Origin: Octopus vulgaris
Taxonomy: Eukaryota
Length of the DNA: 64,000 nucleotides
Direction: 5' to 3'
Assembly (NCBI GenBank): GCA_951406725.2
Contig: OX597820.1
Span: 14,818,001-14,882,000 of the forward strand
Shown: piece by piece, positions 24,930 to 38,540 of the stretch
How the letters are laid out: each line of letters starts with the position of its first letter
How positions within the stretch are numbered: the first letter of the stretch is position 1
The notes under the pieces: generated by a model
Databases searched by the model: none
Told to the model about the DNA's origin: nothing
The model's input: the letters and a program-made list of their open reading frames with translations, nothing else
Made by a program: the position numbers and the translations under genes

Positions 24930-25470
24930 CTCTCCCTCCTCTCTCCTTTACTCTCTCTGTATCCCTCCTCTATCTCTGTATCTCTCTCCTCTCTCTCTGT
25001 ATTTCTCTCTCTCTCCACTATATCTATATCCCTCTCTCTCCTCTACATCCCTCATCTATCTCTGTATCTCTCTACTCTATATCCCTCCTCTATCTCTCTT
25101 CTATCTATATATCCCTCTCTCTTCCTTTCTATCTCTATATCCCTCCTCTCTCTATCTCTATGTCTCTCCCTCTCTCTCTCTCCTCTATCTCTCTCCCCTC
25201 TGTCTCCCCCCTCCGTCTCTATCCTTTCTCCCTCCTCTCTCTCTCTCTTCTATATGTCCCTCTCTCTCTTTTCTATCTCTATATCCCTCCTCTCTATCTC
25301 TCTTTTATCTATATATCCCTCTCCCTTTCTATCTCTATATCCCTCTATCTCTCTCTTGTCTATATATCCCTCTCTCTCCCTTTCTATCTCTATATCCCTC
25401 TGTCTCTCTCTGACTCTTCTATCTCTATACCCCTCCTCTCTCTTCCTTTCTATCTCTATATCCCTCCTCT
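24930..25470. repeat. CT-rich low-complexity array (TCTATCTCTATATCCCTC-like units)
   Basis: Directly visible; it explains the S/L-rich spurious ORFs. Confidence 0.9.
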
Positions 25471-25939
25471 ATTTCTTTATCACTTTCTCCCCTTGTACTT
25501 CTATCCCCCTCCTTCATCACTCTCTCTTCTCCTTCCCCCCTCCCCCCTACTCATCCCCTGCATTCGCCATGACACTCCATGTACTTCCATCTGTCTGTTA
25601 TTCTTATTTCCTGCAGCTAAAAACACCAGAGCAATGTTTTTCCTTTTTAACAATTAGCTTTTTATTATACATCTTTCGCCTCATGTCCAGTCTCTCATAT
25701 TGACATACTGACAGAGATGGCCTGCCTGCCTGTAAGACTATCTGCATTTCCTACCAAATATACATACAGATATACATACAGATATACGCATCTGTATGCC
25801 TGCATCTGTGATTATGTGTGTGTGAGAGAGCATGTACATGAGTCAGTGTGCTTATGTATGTATGTGTGTATGTATGTGTCCGTTTGTATTGGTGTATGTG
25901 TCTTTTATGAACTGATGTATTTGATAATGTAAAGGTTGC

Positions 25940-26143
25940 TCTTTTACTCTTTTATTTGTTTCAGTCATTTGACTGCGGCCATGCTGGAGCACCGCCTTCA
26001 GCCAAGCAAAATCGCCCCCCCCCCCCCCGGATTTATTCTTTGTAAGCCTAGTACTTATTCTATTGGTTCTCTTTTGCCGAACCGCTAAGTTACAGGGGCG
26101 TAAGCACACCAGCATCAATTGTCAAGCGATGTTGGGAGGACAA

Positions 26144-26186
<43 letters not shown>

Positions 26187-26384
26187 TGCATGCATGTATA
26201 TATATATATATATATACACATACGACAGGCTTCTTTCAGTTTCTGTCTACCAAATCCACTCACAAGGCTTTGGTCGGCCCGACACTATAGTAGAAGACAC
26301 TCGCCCAAGGTGCCACGCAGTGGGACTGAACCCGAAACCATGTGGTTCGTAAGCAAGCTACTTACCACACAGCCACTCCTACAC
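25940..26384 (-). mobile_element. Family B SINE
   Basis: Full-length reverse copy. Confidence 0.9.
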
Positions 26385-26679
26385 CTATTTGATTGGATGT
26401 GCATAAAAATAGTAAAAGTGATAGACAAAATAACTTGTCTTTTAGCTTTTACTTGTTTCAGGTATAGCACTGTGGCCATGCTGGGGCACCACCTCAAATG
26501 GTTTTTAGTTGAACAAATCGACCCCCAAACTTTTTTGCTTTTGTTTTTTGTAATTTTGGTATCTCTCTGCCAAACTGCTAAGTCACGAGAATGTAAACAA
26601 AACAATACTAGTTATCAAGTGGTGGTGGGAAACAAATACAACACACAAACACACATACTCTCACACATTTGTGTGTGTG

Positions 26680-27003
26680 TATAGCAAGAAGTTCTCTTCC
26701 AAACCACAATGTTCCATGTTCAATTTCACTGCATGGCATCTTAGGCAGATGTCTTCTATTATAGCCCAAAAACTCAAAGAAGTCTCTGTGTGTGTGTGTT
26801 TTACAGTCGCCTTATTTTGAGATTGCATAATAGCTATGAATGTTCTTAACTACCAAACTTCTGTGAAAATATGTCTGGCCATGGGGAAATTTACTTGAGG
26901 GTTGGTGACAGGAAAGGCTCCCATTCAAAGAAAATCCACCTCATTAAATTCCATCCAACCCATGGAAAAGTGGACTTGAAAACAATGATGATGATGATGA
27001 TGA
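26680..27003 (+). mobile_element. Family B' SINE (B-type head, RTE/family-A-type tail), degenerate
   Basis: GGCATCTTAGGCAGATGTCTTCTATTATAGCC core, then GGTTGGTGACAGGAAAGG..CCAACCCATGGAAAAGTGGAC..(GAT)n. Confidence 0.7.
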
Positions 27004-28519
27004 TATAGAGATTGTCTGATTGATTGATTAATTGATTGGTTAGCCTGGTTAGTCTCAAATATGATTCATATGAATTATAGATGCACGTAGAATGCTGAGA
27101 CATTTCAGAGTATCATTGTAGTTTGCCATCGTGTAACAGATATACATCACTAGACAACACCTAGGACTAACCTACCAATCAAGAGCTCCAGATATCTGCT
27201 GACATTAGATATCCTGTATGTGAAGCTGGGTTGAATTTCAGTGTTTAAGTAGCATTCAAGCTGTTTTAATTCTGCTGTCTTTTTGGAATTCAAGATGAAA
27301 GTCTGTTGCCCCTATTTTGAAGTTAGCAAGAAGTTAACCGAGGCAGACTTCTCTGCTGCATTAAACAGATCAAATGACTGCAGAGAAACTTGTTTGTGCT
27401 ACATGCGACCCTAGACAAGACTCTTCACACTGTTTGTTTCCCTGAAGCTCTCTTAGCAACCATGTGGTCTCAGGTTCAGTCCCACTCTGCAGCACTTTAT
27501 GCGAGTGTCTTTTTCTATAGCCCTGGGCCAGTCAATGTCTTCTGAGTGAATTCGGTAGATGGAAACTGTATGGAAGCTCATTGTATATGTTTGTATGTAT
27601 ATATGTGTTTGCATTCATCCACCCACACTGCTTTCTCAATTGGTGTTGGTTTGTTTGTGTTCCCTATAACTTAGTGTGTTGGCAAGAGAAATCAGACTTA
27701 TAAAATAAGCACTGAAGTAGATATGTTCAATTGAACCCTTCAATCCAGAGCCCCAGTATGGCTGCAGTCCAATGACTGAAACCAGGACAAGATCAATAAA
27801 GAGAGAAGATACAATAAGTTTGACTCAGCTCCGCATAACTTGAAGTTTCATGGACATGTGCTTTATTTCCATGAAATGTTAAGTCATGTGGAACCAAGTG
27901 AAATTATCTATAATATAAATTGGACATGGATGATTGTTGTATTCTTTCTTGTCTTGAGGTTCACAGCCAAACGGCTGGGTGGATTTGCATGAAAAATGGC
28001 ACACATGTGGAGACGGGTGCATAGATTGGAATGCAGTTTGTATCTTTTTCCTAACCCCCATAATTACCGAGAAAATCGATTAAAACGTTTTCTAATGGAA
28101 TTCCCCTCTTTCTTCTGCCATTAAAACAACCAGTTGCTCAGAAGCTGTTTTCTGGTGGGGTGGGATCAGGAAATTTTCATACAGCTGGAGGCTCCAATCG
28201 AAACAGGGGACCCAAAATGATAAGGTTGACAAAACACTGTTATAGATTATGCCTAACAGAAAACGATGACAGCCACATCATCGAAACAGACTGGGTGAAA
28301 CCGGGCTTAGCTGCTAGTATACATATATATTTAATTCCAACCCAATGTATTGAGTGCTACTTTCTTTCATCTGTTCACTTCTTTATGTATGTGTGTTACT
28401 GTGATAGCAAGAGGTCCTTTAGGGTGTTCATCCATTCCTCTGGCCTTGCTGATTCAGATCAAAAAGCAGGCCGAAATGGATGGGCTCTCCATTAGAGCAA
28501 AGAATATACTGTGCATAAC

Positions 28520-28785
28520 TGTGTATGTGTGTTTGTGTCTTTTTGTCTTGACATCATGTGACAGCTGTAAATGAGTGTCACTGTCATATAAGCTGCATCA
28601 TTCATTTGTAATTTTCTGCAAGAACATGTTTGGCCATGGGGGAAAATACTACCTTGCTTGCAAACAAGGGTTGGCAGCTGGAAGAGCATCCAGCCATAGA
28701 AAATTTGTCTAAAAAATTTCCATCTGACTCATGCAAATATGGAAAAGTAGACATTAAAACAATGATGATGATGATGTTGATGATG
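28520..28785 (+). mobile_element. Family B' SINE 3' half
   Basis: GTCTTGACATCATGTGA..GGCCATGGGGGAAAATACTACCTTGCTTG..GCATCCAGCCATAGAAAA..(GAT)n. Confidence 0.75.
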
Positions 28786-29684
28786 ATACACACACAGATT
28801 CACCTTGTCAACTGCATAATTATTGTATTAAATTTTCTGCTACCATGACAACAGCATTATTTCTTTTTTAAATATGTAACTTTGAAAGCTGAGTCAACAG
28901 AAACGAGTTCCGGCTAACCGAAATCTCCAATATCCAAATGGTTAAATAGTGTCAAGCGAAGGGCACCCAGGAGTCATAACCTGGATGCAGCCTGGCCCTT
29001 TTAGAGTGTAAGAAATTAAGGGCCAAAACACTTGCCTGGGGTGGGGTTTCCTCTCGAAAAACCACCCCTCTTACAAATTCCACCGTTACCGTTTATACAG
29101 AATGTTCTTCTTCCTTCTACGGTGGTTGCTTCCTCTCTTTCTTTCTGATTCAAACTATGATGAAGTCGACCTAATATAGATATGTAAAGTTAAGTCTGAG
29201 CTTAATCTAAGCACCTTCTACTTCGACTGTGGTGGTTGTGACAGCAGCACAACTGGAATAGTTTGCCGGAGCCTCTGATCTGTAAACATCTTAATTGTAA
29301 ATTGAGGTTTTATATAAACGGGTGGCAAGTGAGGTTCAGTGTACCACCCACACCTTCGCCTCATGCATTACATTCTCTTTGATCCATTGCCAGAAATAAT
29401 AGCTGGTGGATGAGAATTACAGAGCTTGGAACCAAGAAACGGTTGGGAAAGTAATTAGGCTTCAATTCCACACACATAAATGTACACACAAACACACACA
29501 CACATACATGCTTGCACATACATACATACATACACACATACATATACACACACACGCACAACTATTTTTACAGGAAAATCGCAGTCCCTAGTAACTAAAA
29601 TATGACAGTTCAACTTTAGCTTGGCCCTTTTCACATCTCAAAGGAAAATGACTTATGAGGCATGAAGTTGTACCCTATTGTTTG

Positions 29685-29782
29685 TCTATATATGTGTGTG
29701 TATTTATGTATGTTTATGTATATATATATGTATATGTGTGTGTGTGTATGTATATATATGTGTGTATATTTATGTATATGTA

Positions 29783-29826
<44 letters not shown>

Positions 29827-29843
29827 TATAATATCTGTGTTTG

Positions 29844-29877
<34 letters not shown>

Positions 29878-29933
29878 TATATTTGTATATATACACGTGT
29901 ATGTATGTATATATTTATATCTGTGTTTGTATG

Positions 29934-29965
<32 letters not shown>

Positions 29966-30027
29966 TATTTGTATACATACATGTGTATGTATGTATTTAT
30001 ATGTGTGCATATATATATATATATATG

Positions 30028-30101
<74 letters not shown>

Positions 30102-30135
30102 TATATGTGTACATATACATACATGTATGTGTTTG

Positions 30136-30182
<47 letters not shown>
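29685..30182. repeat. Long compound (TA)n/(TG)n microsatellite
   Basis: Directly visible. Confidence 0.92.
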
Positions 30183-30185
<3 letters not shown>

Positions 30186-31459
30186 GAGAGAGAGAGTGAG
30201 TGAAACAAGTGCATAGATATGTGAGTGTTGTTGAGATGTAGGGGTAGATACAGACATAGGTTGCTGTTAGTACGGGTGGGGTTTTGTTTCACAAATAATT
30301 TGGATATTTGCCTATGAAACTGAGACTCGAATAAATTGTAGCAGTTATTTCAACTGCCATAGTCATCTGTCTGTTGTGGCTGTTACTTGAACCATGATAC
30401 TAGATCACCAGCCTTATGCACACACAGTTGTCACAGATCACATACACAATTTGATAATGTTTTCTGTGTGTAGACACCGAGAGAAAGAGAGAGAAATGTA
30501 CTTGTAGATAATGGAAAAGGGGACTTGCTTTCTGAGATATCTTTGTATATTCTGCTTCTTGAATCGCTGTCTCTCTTTAAGTTCCTAAGTGGACGATTCT
30601 CATTGAGTGTATTGTTTGTTTTATTTTTGTCTCTGGGTTGGACAATTAATACTTCTACATGTCTAAGTTCACCTAGTTGTCCGAGATCACATACCAATTT
30701 GATAATGTCTTCTTTGATAGAAAGATAGATAGATAGATAGATAGACAGCCATATATATGTATGTATTTTTATGTATATATGGAGATACATGTGTATATAT
30801 GTGCATCATGTATGTGTGTATACTTATGTATATATTTTATTTTGTGTGTTTATATTTCTATGTATATATGTGTATGATTGTACGTATGTGTGTATATGTA
30901 TATAGGTATATGTGTATGTATATAGGTGTGTGTACATGTATATGTGTGTGTGTGTGTGTGTATGTATATACATTTAGATATATATTTGTGTGTATATATA
31001 TATATATATATATATAGGTATATATGTGTATGTATATGTATATATATATATACATACACATACACCCGTTGGCAAAATTCACCTATTACATTCACTTGAC
31101 ACAGCAGGGCCCCAATGCTAAATACTGTTTTTATGAACTTTTGTAAGTCTGAGATATCATATCGTTTGTCAAAGTTCTTGTATTCCTGTAAAAAGATTCT
31201 AAGATCTCTATTTTATTCTATTTTATTTTATTTCAAATTTATCTTCTAAATAAGAATCAAGCCGTTACCAAACTGCCAGGATCTATGCCACCCATGTCGA
31301 TGTTATATATATTTATTTAAAAGACATGATATATTACAAGAACCTCGGAATCTTATTTGCGGCTGTATTTTCTTTTAATTTAAGTCATTGCCATTCTTTC
31401 TGCTGTTATCTTTCCTTTTATATTATCTTATTTTTGTCTAAATTTGGTGTATATGTATG

Positions 31460-32130
31460 TCATCATCATTATCATCATCACTATTGTATATCCCTTTTCC
31501 ATGCTGGCATGGATTGGATGGTTTGTCAGATGGTGGCAGGCCAGAGGACTGCATCAAGCTTCAATGTCTTCTCTGGCCCAGTTGCTAACACCTGGATGCC
31601 CATCCTAATTCTAACCACTTCACAGAGTGTACCAGGTGTTTTTTTACATGACACCGGTGCTGATGAAGTCACCAGGTCGCTTGCAAAACAAGACCCCCAC
31701 CCCTCAACCGAATGGAGAGTATGATAAGGGGACAGGAACAGGTGTTTTCCTGTAGGGGAGCTTTTTAAAGGCATGCAGGTATGGATTTGTGGTTAAGAAG
31801 TTTACTTCCCAACTATATGGTTCTAGGTTCATTCACACTGCATGGAACTTTGGGTCCTGGTTGACTAATGCCATGTGAGTGAATTTGAAAGAGGGAAATT
31901 GTGTGGAAGCCTGTTGCAAATGTGTGTGTTTGTATTTGTCCCCCCCCTTTCACTTTACAACCAGTGTTAGTTCGTTGACATCCCCATGACTTAGAAGTTC
32001 AGCAAAAGATGCCTATAGAATAATTACCAGACTTAAAATGAATACTGGGGGTCGATTTGTTTGACTAAGCCCTTCGAGGCAGTGCCCCAGCATGGTCACA
32101 GTCCAATGACTGTAACAACTAGAAGATAAA
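31460..32130. mobile_element. Older family A copy (minus, 31460-31770) followed by a degenerate family B SINE (plus, 31772-32130)
   Basis: CCATGCTGGCATGG tail for A; GCCCCAGCATGGTCACAGTCCAATGACTG tail for B. Confidence 0.75.
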
Positions 32131-32506
32131 AGATAGCTTTAACCATCCCACCTTCGATGAAGGACTACATTATGTTGTGTGACTTTTTGAAGATGGTAAT
32201 GTATGATATGAGATGATTTAGCTGCTGTTTCTAGCATGTTCTTCATTTATCCTTTGTTTAATCAGCCTCCCTGATGTCACACCGTATGTCTGTTAATCAT
32301 CATTGTCATCATCATTGATCAGCATTGACTTTTCCATCCTTGCCTAGGTCAGACAAAATTCATTGAGACAGATTTTTCTACTGGTGGATGCTCTTCCTGT
32401 CACCAACCCTCGTTTCTAAAGCAAGGTAATATTATCCTGTGGCCAGGAATATTTTCCATGGAAGACCAGAATGGTGCTGTTTGTGTACAAGGGTACTCAA
32501 ACGTAT

Positions 32507-32550
<44 letters not shown>

Positions 32551-34689
32551 GACTCCTTTTTTTCCATACCTCAGTACTTCTCCTCCTCATTCAGTTGAGT
32601 GTTCTGTCTTGCCCTGCAAATTACTTGGTGACCTCACTGGTGCTGGTGCCACATAAAAAGCACCCGGTACACTCTGTAAAGTGGTTGGCATCCCTGTATT
32701 TCTCTGACAGTAAAGCACTTGTTCTCATCACTCTATCCTACTTTAACCTCTCCACCCAGTACTACTCTCCACTCAGTTGAGGACAGGGTGATTGGGTGAC
32801 TTCATCAGCACTGACACCACTTTACAGGAAGGGTGTCCAGCTGTAGAAACTATGCCAGAACAGACAGTAGGACCTGGTGCAGTCTCCTGACCGGCTTGTT
32901 CCTATTGACCTGTCCAACCCATGCCAGCATGGAAAACAGACATTGAATGATGATGACAATATGTGATAAGCTTCTTTCAGTTTCTGTTTATCAAGTCCAC
33001 TCATGAGGCTTTGATTGGCCTGGGGCTAATTGTAGAAAATCCCTGCCCAAGGTACCATGCAATGGGATTGAACCGGAGACCTCGTGGTTGAGAAGTAAAC
33101 TTCTTAACCACACAGACATGTCTGTACCCACCCCCACCTGCACCTCTCTAATGTTTCATGATATTGTTTTGTTTTGTTTGTTTCCTTCTGGTTATATCAT
33201 CATTAACTCCTTTAGTATATGTAAGTCCCCTGTAAGATAGTGATAGGAGTGTCCTTTCTGATATAAAAATCTGTTTGAAGATAGCACATGGGAAAATGTG
33301 GAGGAGGAATGCGTATTGTATAACTATATATATATATATATGTGTGTGTGTATTTGTGTATGCGTGAGAGGGAAGGAAAGAGATAGAGAGCATGTAAGTT
33401 ATCTCCTATTTATTTAATAGAAAAGAAAAACAGTTATGTAATATGGAATAAGAATTGGTAAAAAGAAAACAAAAAGAAACGTCTGCCATCTTTACTATTT
33501 GATGGTTGCAGCCAGACATTAAAAACCTGTCACCTGACCTCACCTGATTTCACTGACTGTCACCTTCACCTCACCTCACCTGAACACACCCTTAGTTCCT
33601 TAGTTATCTGATTCTATTGGGGACGGGGTTATTTTTCTGCTTTTTATTTTTATTTTATTTGCTTCATTAATTTCCCACCCTTTTCTGTTATTTTTCTTTA
33701 AAATTGTTGCAAGAATTGGGTTTTTATTCCTTGTTCTTTTTACATTGAAAGTTCCACCTTTTTTTTTTTAGATGTTTAACAATCCCATTCCTCTCTTTTT
33801 GTCTGTATCTGTCTATCTTGCCAGCTATCTCTATCTACGTCTATTTGATTATCCATGCTCTTAAATTCACATTTTCCATCACAAAAAAGCACTACAATAA
33901 ATAGACAGAATATCATCATATATATATATGTGTATGTATGTATGTATATATGGAGAGAGAGAGTGAGAAAGGCACTTTGGAAGCAGAATTATGTTAGTTT
34001 TGTAAATTTGGTGACTGCAAAGAAAACGCTGGTAGATAATGATCATGGCAAAATTCAATGCAAATCCACAATCTTCGGATTGTCAATAGTTAGTTGCACA
34101 CTCAAAATTCTAACTTATCAAAGCTATTAAAATAGATTGATGAAAGAGATTGTCCCACTGCTCTTTCACCACCACCACCTACCTCTTTCTTGTCTTTTTC
34201 TTTCTTTTCTCTTCAGCTACTCCTAAGATCTCATATGGTTAGATCAGTTCTTAAAAGCAAAGCTTTGAGACAAACTAGGAAAAGACCAATATAGATGAAA
34301 AGAAATTGTTATTTGCCAGTTATGTTAGAGAATCCATAAAAATAAAAAAAATAAGGAAGATGGTAGTTAGGCTGAGGATTTGTGTTTGATCTGAGATAGT
34401 AGTTTGTGGTCTTCATTCTCTCTTCCTATTCCCTTCAATATATAACAACAACTAACTATCTTTAACTGGTCTTGGTGAAAATATAACTGTTTAATCAGAA
34501 AAGAAAACGTAAAGTTTAATGGCGAGCTTGAATTATATTCTTTTCTGCCTCTACTGATCATTCTTCAACATTTTAATGATAGTTCTCTCCAAATCATATG
34601 AGTGCACGTGTGATCTATCTACGCATTTATGTATATGGGTGTATTTATGTATATCTGTCTGACTGTCTTTTTCTATTTGTTCGTGCATC

Positions 34690-35355
34690 TCTCTATCCAT
34701 CTGTCTATCTTTTTGTCTATCTATCTATCTGTCTATCATTTTGTCTTTTTGTCTATCTATCTATCTGTCTATCATTTTGTCTTTATGTCTATCTATCTAT
34801 CTGTCTATCATTTTGTCTTTTTGTCTATCTATCTGTCTGTCTATCATTTTGTCTTTTTGTCTATCTATCTATCTGTCTATCATTTTGTCTTTCTGTCTAT
34901 CTATCTATCTGTCTATCATTTTGTCTTTTTGTCTATCTATCTGTCTGTCTATCATTTTGTCTTTTTGTCTATCTATCTATCTGTCTATCATTTTGTCTTT
35001 CTGTCTATCTATCTATCTGTCTATCATTTTGTCTTTTTGTCTATCTATCTGTCTGCCTATCATTTTGTCTTTTTGTCTATCTATCTGTCTGTCTATCTTT
35101 CTGTCTATCATTTTGCCTATCTTTTGTATGTCTGTCTATCTATCTATCTGTCTGTCTGTCTATCTATCTGTCTGTCTCTCTATCTATCTCTCTGTCTATC
35201 TTCTTGTCTATCTATCTATCTGTCTGTCTATCTTTTTGTCTGTCTTTCTGCCTCTCTATCTGTCTGTCTATCTATCTATCATTTTGCCTATCTTTTGTTT
35301 AACTTTCTAGTCTGTCTGTGTATCTATCTATCTATCTGTCTATCTATCTATCTAT
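34690..35355. repeat. 36-bp minisatellite derived from (TCTA)n
   Basis: Unit TCTATCTATCTATCTGTCTATCATTTTGTCTTTTTG, giving the 12-aa periodicity in the spurious ORFs. Confidence 0.92.
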
Positions 35356-35940
35356 TAACTACACATATATATACACCTAAGTGTAGTGAACAAGCTTACA
35401 TTGCAACCGCAACGTTTTGGGTTCATTCCTACTGCTAGGCACCTTGGGTAAAGTGTCTCCTACTATAGACTCCGACCAACCAATGCCTTGTGAGAGAATT
35501 TGGTAGACGGAGACTGAGTGGAAGATGTGTGTGTGTGTGTGTGCCTTTGTGTATGTGTGTTTGCATGTCGCTTCTTTCACTCCTCTCCACTGCTTGAGAA
35601 CCAGTGTTGGTTTGTTTATGTCTGTAGCTTTGCAATTTCAGCAAAAGAGATCGATATGATAAGTGCCAAGCAAACAAAAAAAAAAAAAGTCCTAGAGTTG
35701 ATTTGTTCAGCTGAATGCTTCAAGACAGTGCCCCAGCTTGGCCACAGTTCAATGACTGAAACGAGTAAATGATAAAAACTATATGTATGTGTGTTGGTGT
35801 TGTCATCATTTCATGTCCTTGTTTCATGCTGGCGTGGGTTGGACAGTTTGACAGGATCCATTGGGCCCAAAAACTGCATCGTGCTTCAGCGCCTGCTTTG
35901 ACATGGTTTCTATGGTTGGACAGCATTCCTAATGACTATA

Positions 35941-36150
35941 CAAGGGGGTGCCGAAAAGTTCCTGGTTTTTAAGGGTATCACGAAAGGCCTGGTTGGAGGC
36001 CCAAACTTCTGAGTCCTTTTACAGGGCTTAGAAAATCTGAAGGACCATTGCAATAGGTATGTGAGGGGAATATGTTGAATAAAATTGTAATGAACTGATC
36101 CTCCAGTATTTTCTTTTACACAATTCCAGGAACTTTTCTACACCCTCTCA
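35941..36150 (+). mobile_element. Mariner-derived MITE with transposase C-terminal remnant
   Basis: TA flanks and TIR CAAGGGGGTGCCGAAAAGTTCCTGG..CCAGGAACTTTTCTACACCC. The interior encodes frameshifted AWLEAQTSESF / LQGLENLKDHCNRYV / GEYVE*, the typical mariner C-terminus. Confidence 0.8.
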
Positions 36151-36326
36151 TATATATATATATATAAAATGAGATAGGGGTTGTAAATTCAACCCTCCAT
36201 GGGATAACATATATCCAATTAATGTCTAATCTTAATGCTCTTGTGTAGTGTTTTAATAAAGTATATGATTCAGTATTATCTGATAGTTGATGAATGATTT
36301 AGATATATTTCTCCATTTTCTCATTT

Positions 36327-36361
<35 letters not shown>

Positions 36362-36634
36362 CTTGTTCCTTCTTGAGCCACGTCTGGCTCATAAGGGTCA
36401 GTTTCCTTGGGATATAGGTTCCCCACCTGGACGGGACGCTGGTCCATCGCAGGAGGAAAGAGTGAGAAAAAGTTGTGGCGAGAGAGTCAGCAGAAGTTCG
36501 CCATTACCTTCTGCCGGAGCCGCGCGGAGCTTAGGTAATTTGCGCATAAACACACACATTGTCCGGTCTGAGATTCGAACCCGCAATCCCTTGACTGTGA
36601 GTCCACTGCTCTAACCACTAGGCCATGTGCCTCC
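36362..36634 (-). mobile_element. Family D SINE with V-domain-like segment
   Basis: The minus strand has a tRNA head and CCTGCGATGGACCAGCGTCCCGTCCAGG. Colinear with 48796-49097. Confidence 0.85.
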
Positions 36635-37145
36635 ACACACACACACACACACACACAAACAATGAATTCTGTAGAACGAATTAGTGAGGATTGCTCAATA
36701 TATATGATAGATTAAGTGGTATATTAAAATTGGATTTTTATCTCATGGCTTGGGTTTCGCACAAGAGAGAGAGAGAGAGAATAGAGAACAAATTTATACA
36801 TGTGTGTGTTTAAGTGTATGATCTTGAAGTGGTGAGAGCGAAATTGATGTTACTGGATCTGGTATATTGAGGGTGTAACCTTTACACTTAATAGCCCCTA
36901 AGGGACATTCAAGCAAGTTTTGATCTTGTTTAATACACTCTCAACTTCAACTGCTCTCTTGATATTCCAACATAATGGTATTTCACTTGTCTTGTTGTGT
37001 GATGTGTGTGTGTGTGTGTGTATGTGTGAATGGTCTTACTGAATGTGTGTGTGTGTGAGCATGTGTTTAATGAAAGCATTCTGGGATTCTTGTTTTGTTA
37101 TTGGCTTTTTTTCCTGTTTCATGAGGCATTAAATGTTTATATATA

Positions 37146-37198
<53 letters not shown>

Positions 37199-37306
37199 TA
37201 TGTCTGTGTATGTATGCCTATGTGATGTCTACATAAGTACATGTGTGATGTGTGTGTATATTTACTAGTATGCATGTATGTAAATATATATGTATGCACA
37301 TATGTT

Positions 37307-37342
<36 letters not shown>

Positions 37343-37811
37343 AAAGCATGTGCATATAAACAGTTGATGAGAGTTGCCCGTTCATTATTCAATCATATAT
37401 ATTCATACATACATTTTATATATATATATATAAAATGTGTGTTAGCGTGTGTGTGTGTGTGTGTAAACAGTTAATGAGAATTACTCATTCATTATTCAAT
37501 TTCACACACATGCACGCAAATTACGCAAGCAAAACTGAATAAATGAATGACTCACCCACTTTTTACTTGTACATATATATATATATATATACGCTACCAC
37601 ATGTAATGAATATTTTTCTTTCTCACACACACACACAAATCAATCTAGTTATGTCTTGTAATATGTTGTTATTTTTTTTTAATTTTTGTAATGTCACAGA
37701 GTGCCCAGCATTGTAGCATTAGACCTGTGAATTTGTATGCAGTTATGTGTTGAAGCATATTCGAAGTACAGCGCATTGTATGTCAATAGATGCTGAATAA
37801 TGTATCTTCTG

Positions 37812-38103
37812 TATCACATGATCAATCAGACTAACGAATGTTTGTTATACACTGCTGATCATGGTGCGCTTTGCATCGTATTTAGCTTCTGGATGATGCC
37901 ACTGGCTTGGTGAGCAGTCCAACACCCCCCTGATCGGATGGCTATTCTGTTGTAGGGTTATACTCTTTTACAGCTGAGTGGACTGGAGCAACATGAAATG
38001 AAGTGTTTTGCTCAAGGACATCATGTACCACCCTGCCTGGGAATTGAACCTGTGCTCTAGAAATCATGTCTGCATCACCCTAAACACTAACCATGTGCCT
38101 TCA
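37812..38103 (-). mobile_element. Older SINE with E-type head/core and D-type (21.6 kb) tail
   Basis: CAGCTGAGTGGACTGGAGCAACATGAAATGAAGTGTTTTGCTCAAGGAC core; the tail matches 21600-21680. Confidence 0.65.
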
Positions 38104-38139
38104 CATCTCAATAGATATTGTATAATGCATATATATATT

Positions 38140-38540
38140 TCATTTCATCTAGTTTCAGCTGACGTGCTGTGGCCATGCTGGGGCACCGCCATTTGGTGTT
38201 GCTACATGATTTTACTTCACGAATGCTTTTTAGCAATTGCCATTCGGTGCATGAGAGAGTTTGATGCAGCTGCCCTCATCTGCACCTCCTGCCATGAAGT
38301 TGGTTCATCTGGGACACCTGACAGGAAGAGCTCCAGCTTTATTTTGAAGGCACCTACATCCACCCCATGCAGGTCTCTCAGGTCCTTCGGGAGGATATTG
38401 AAGAGCTGTGGACCTCTGAAACCCAGGATATTGCAGTATCTTGTCCTACATCTTGATGGCAAATTTGGAGTCCTTGGCACTATGCAGTTATGCCCAGTTC
38501 TAGTATTTGTGTAACTCTTCCAGATGTATATTATGGCATA
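38140..38540 (-). pseudogene. 3' fragment of a CR1/L2-group non-LTR retrotransposon (ORF2 C-terminus plus 3' UTR)
   Basis: Translates YAIIYIWK..RTGHNC..RGPQLFNILPKDLRDLHGVDVGAFKIKLELFLSGVPDEP..AASNSL, a WN/FNxLP..FKxxL-type ORF2 tail. The 3' UTR is GGCGGTGCCCCAGCATGGCCACAG..CTGAAAC followed by (GAAAT)n. Confidence 0.8.

Noticed and set aside
24822-25703. 293-aa S/L-rich ORF (also the 255-aa ORF at 5224 and the 269-aa ORF at 34629)
   Set aside because: Products of stop-poor low-complexity or minisatellite arrays.
29038-29090. HDV-like ribozyme (P1 GGGGTGG/CCACCCC with loop CCTCTCG)
   Set aside because: No P1.1 GG, no P4/catalytic C segment and no adequate P2 can be drawn.
29631-30292. Long Y/I/C/V/H/T-rich ORFs here and throughout
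   Set aside because: Translations of (TA)n/(CA)n/(TG)n microsatellites, open in many frames on both strands.
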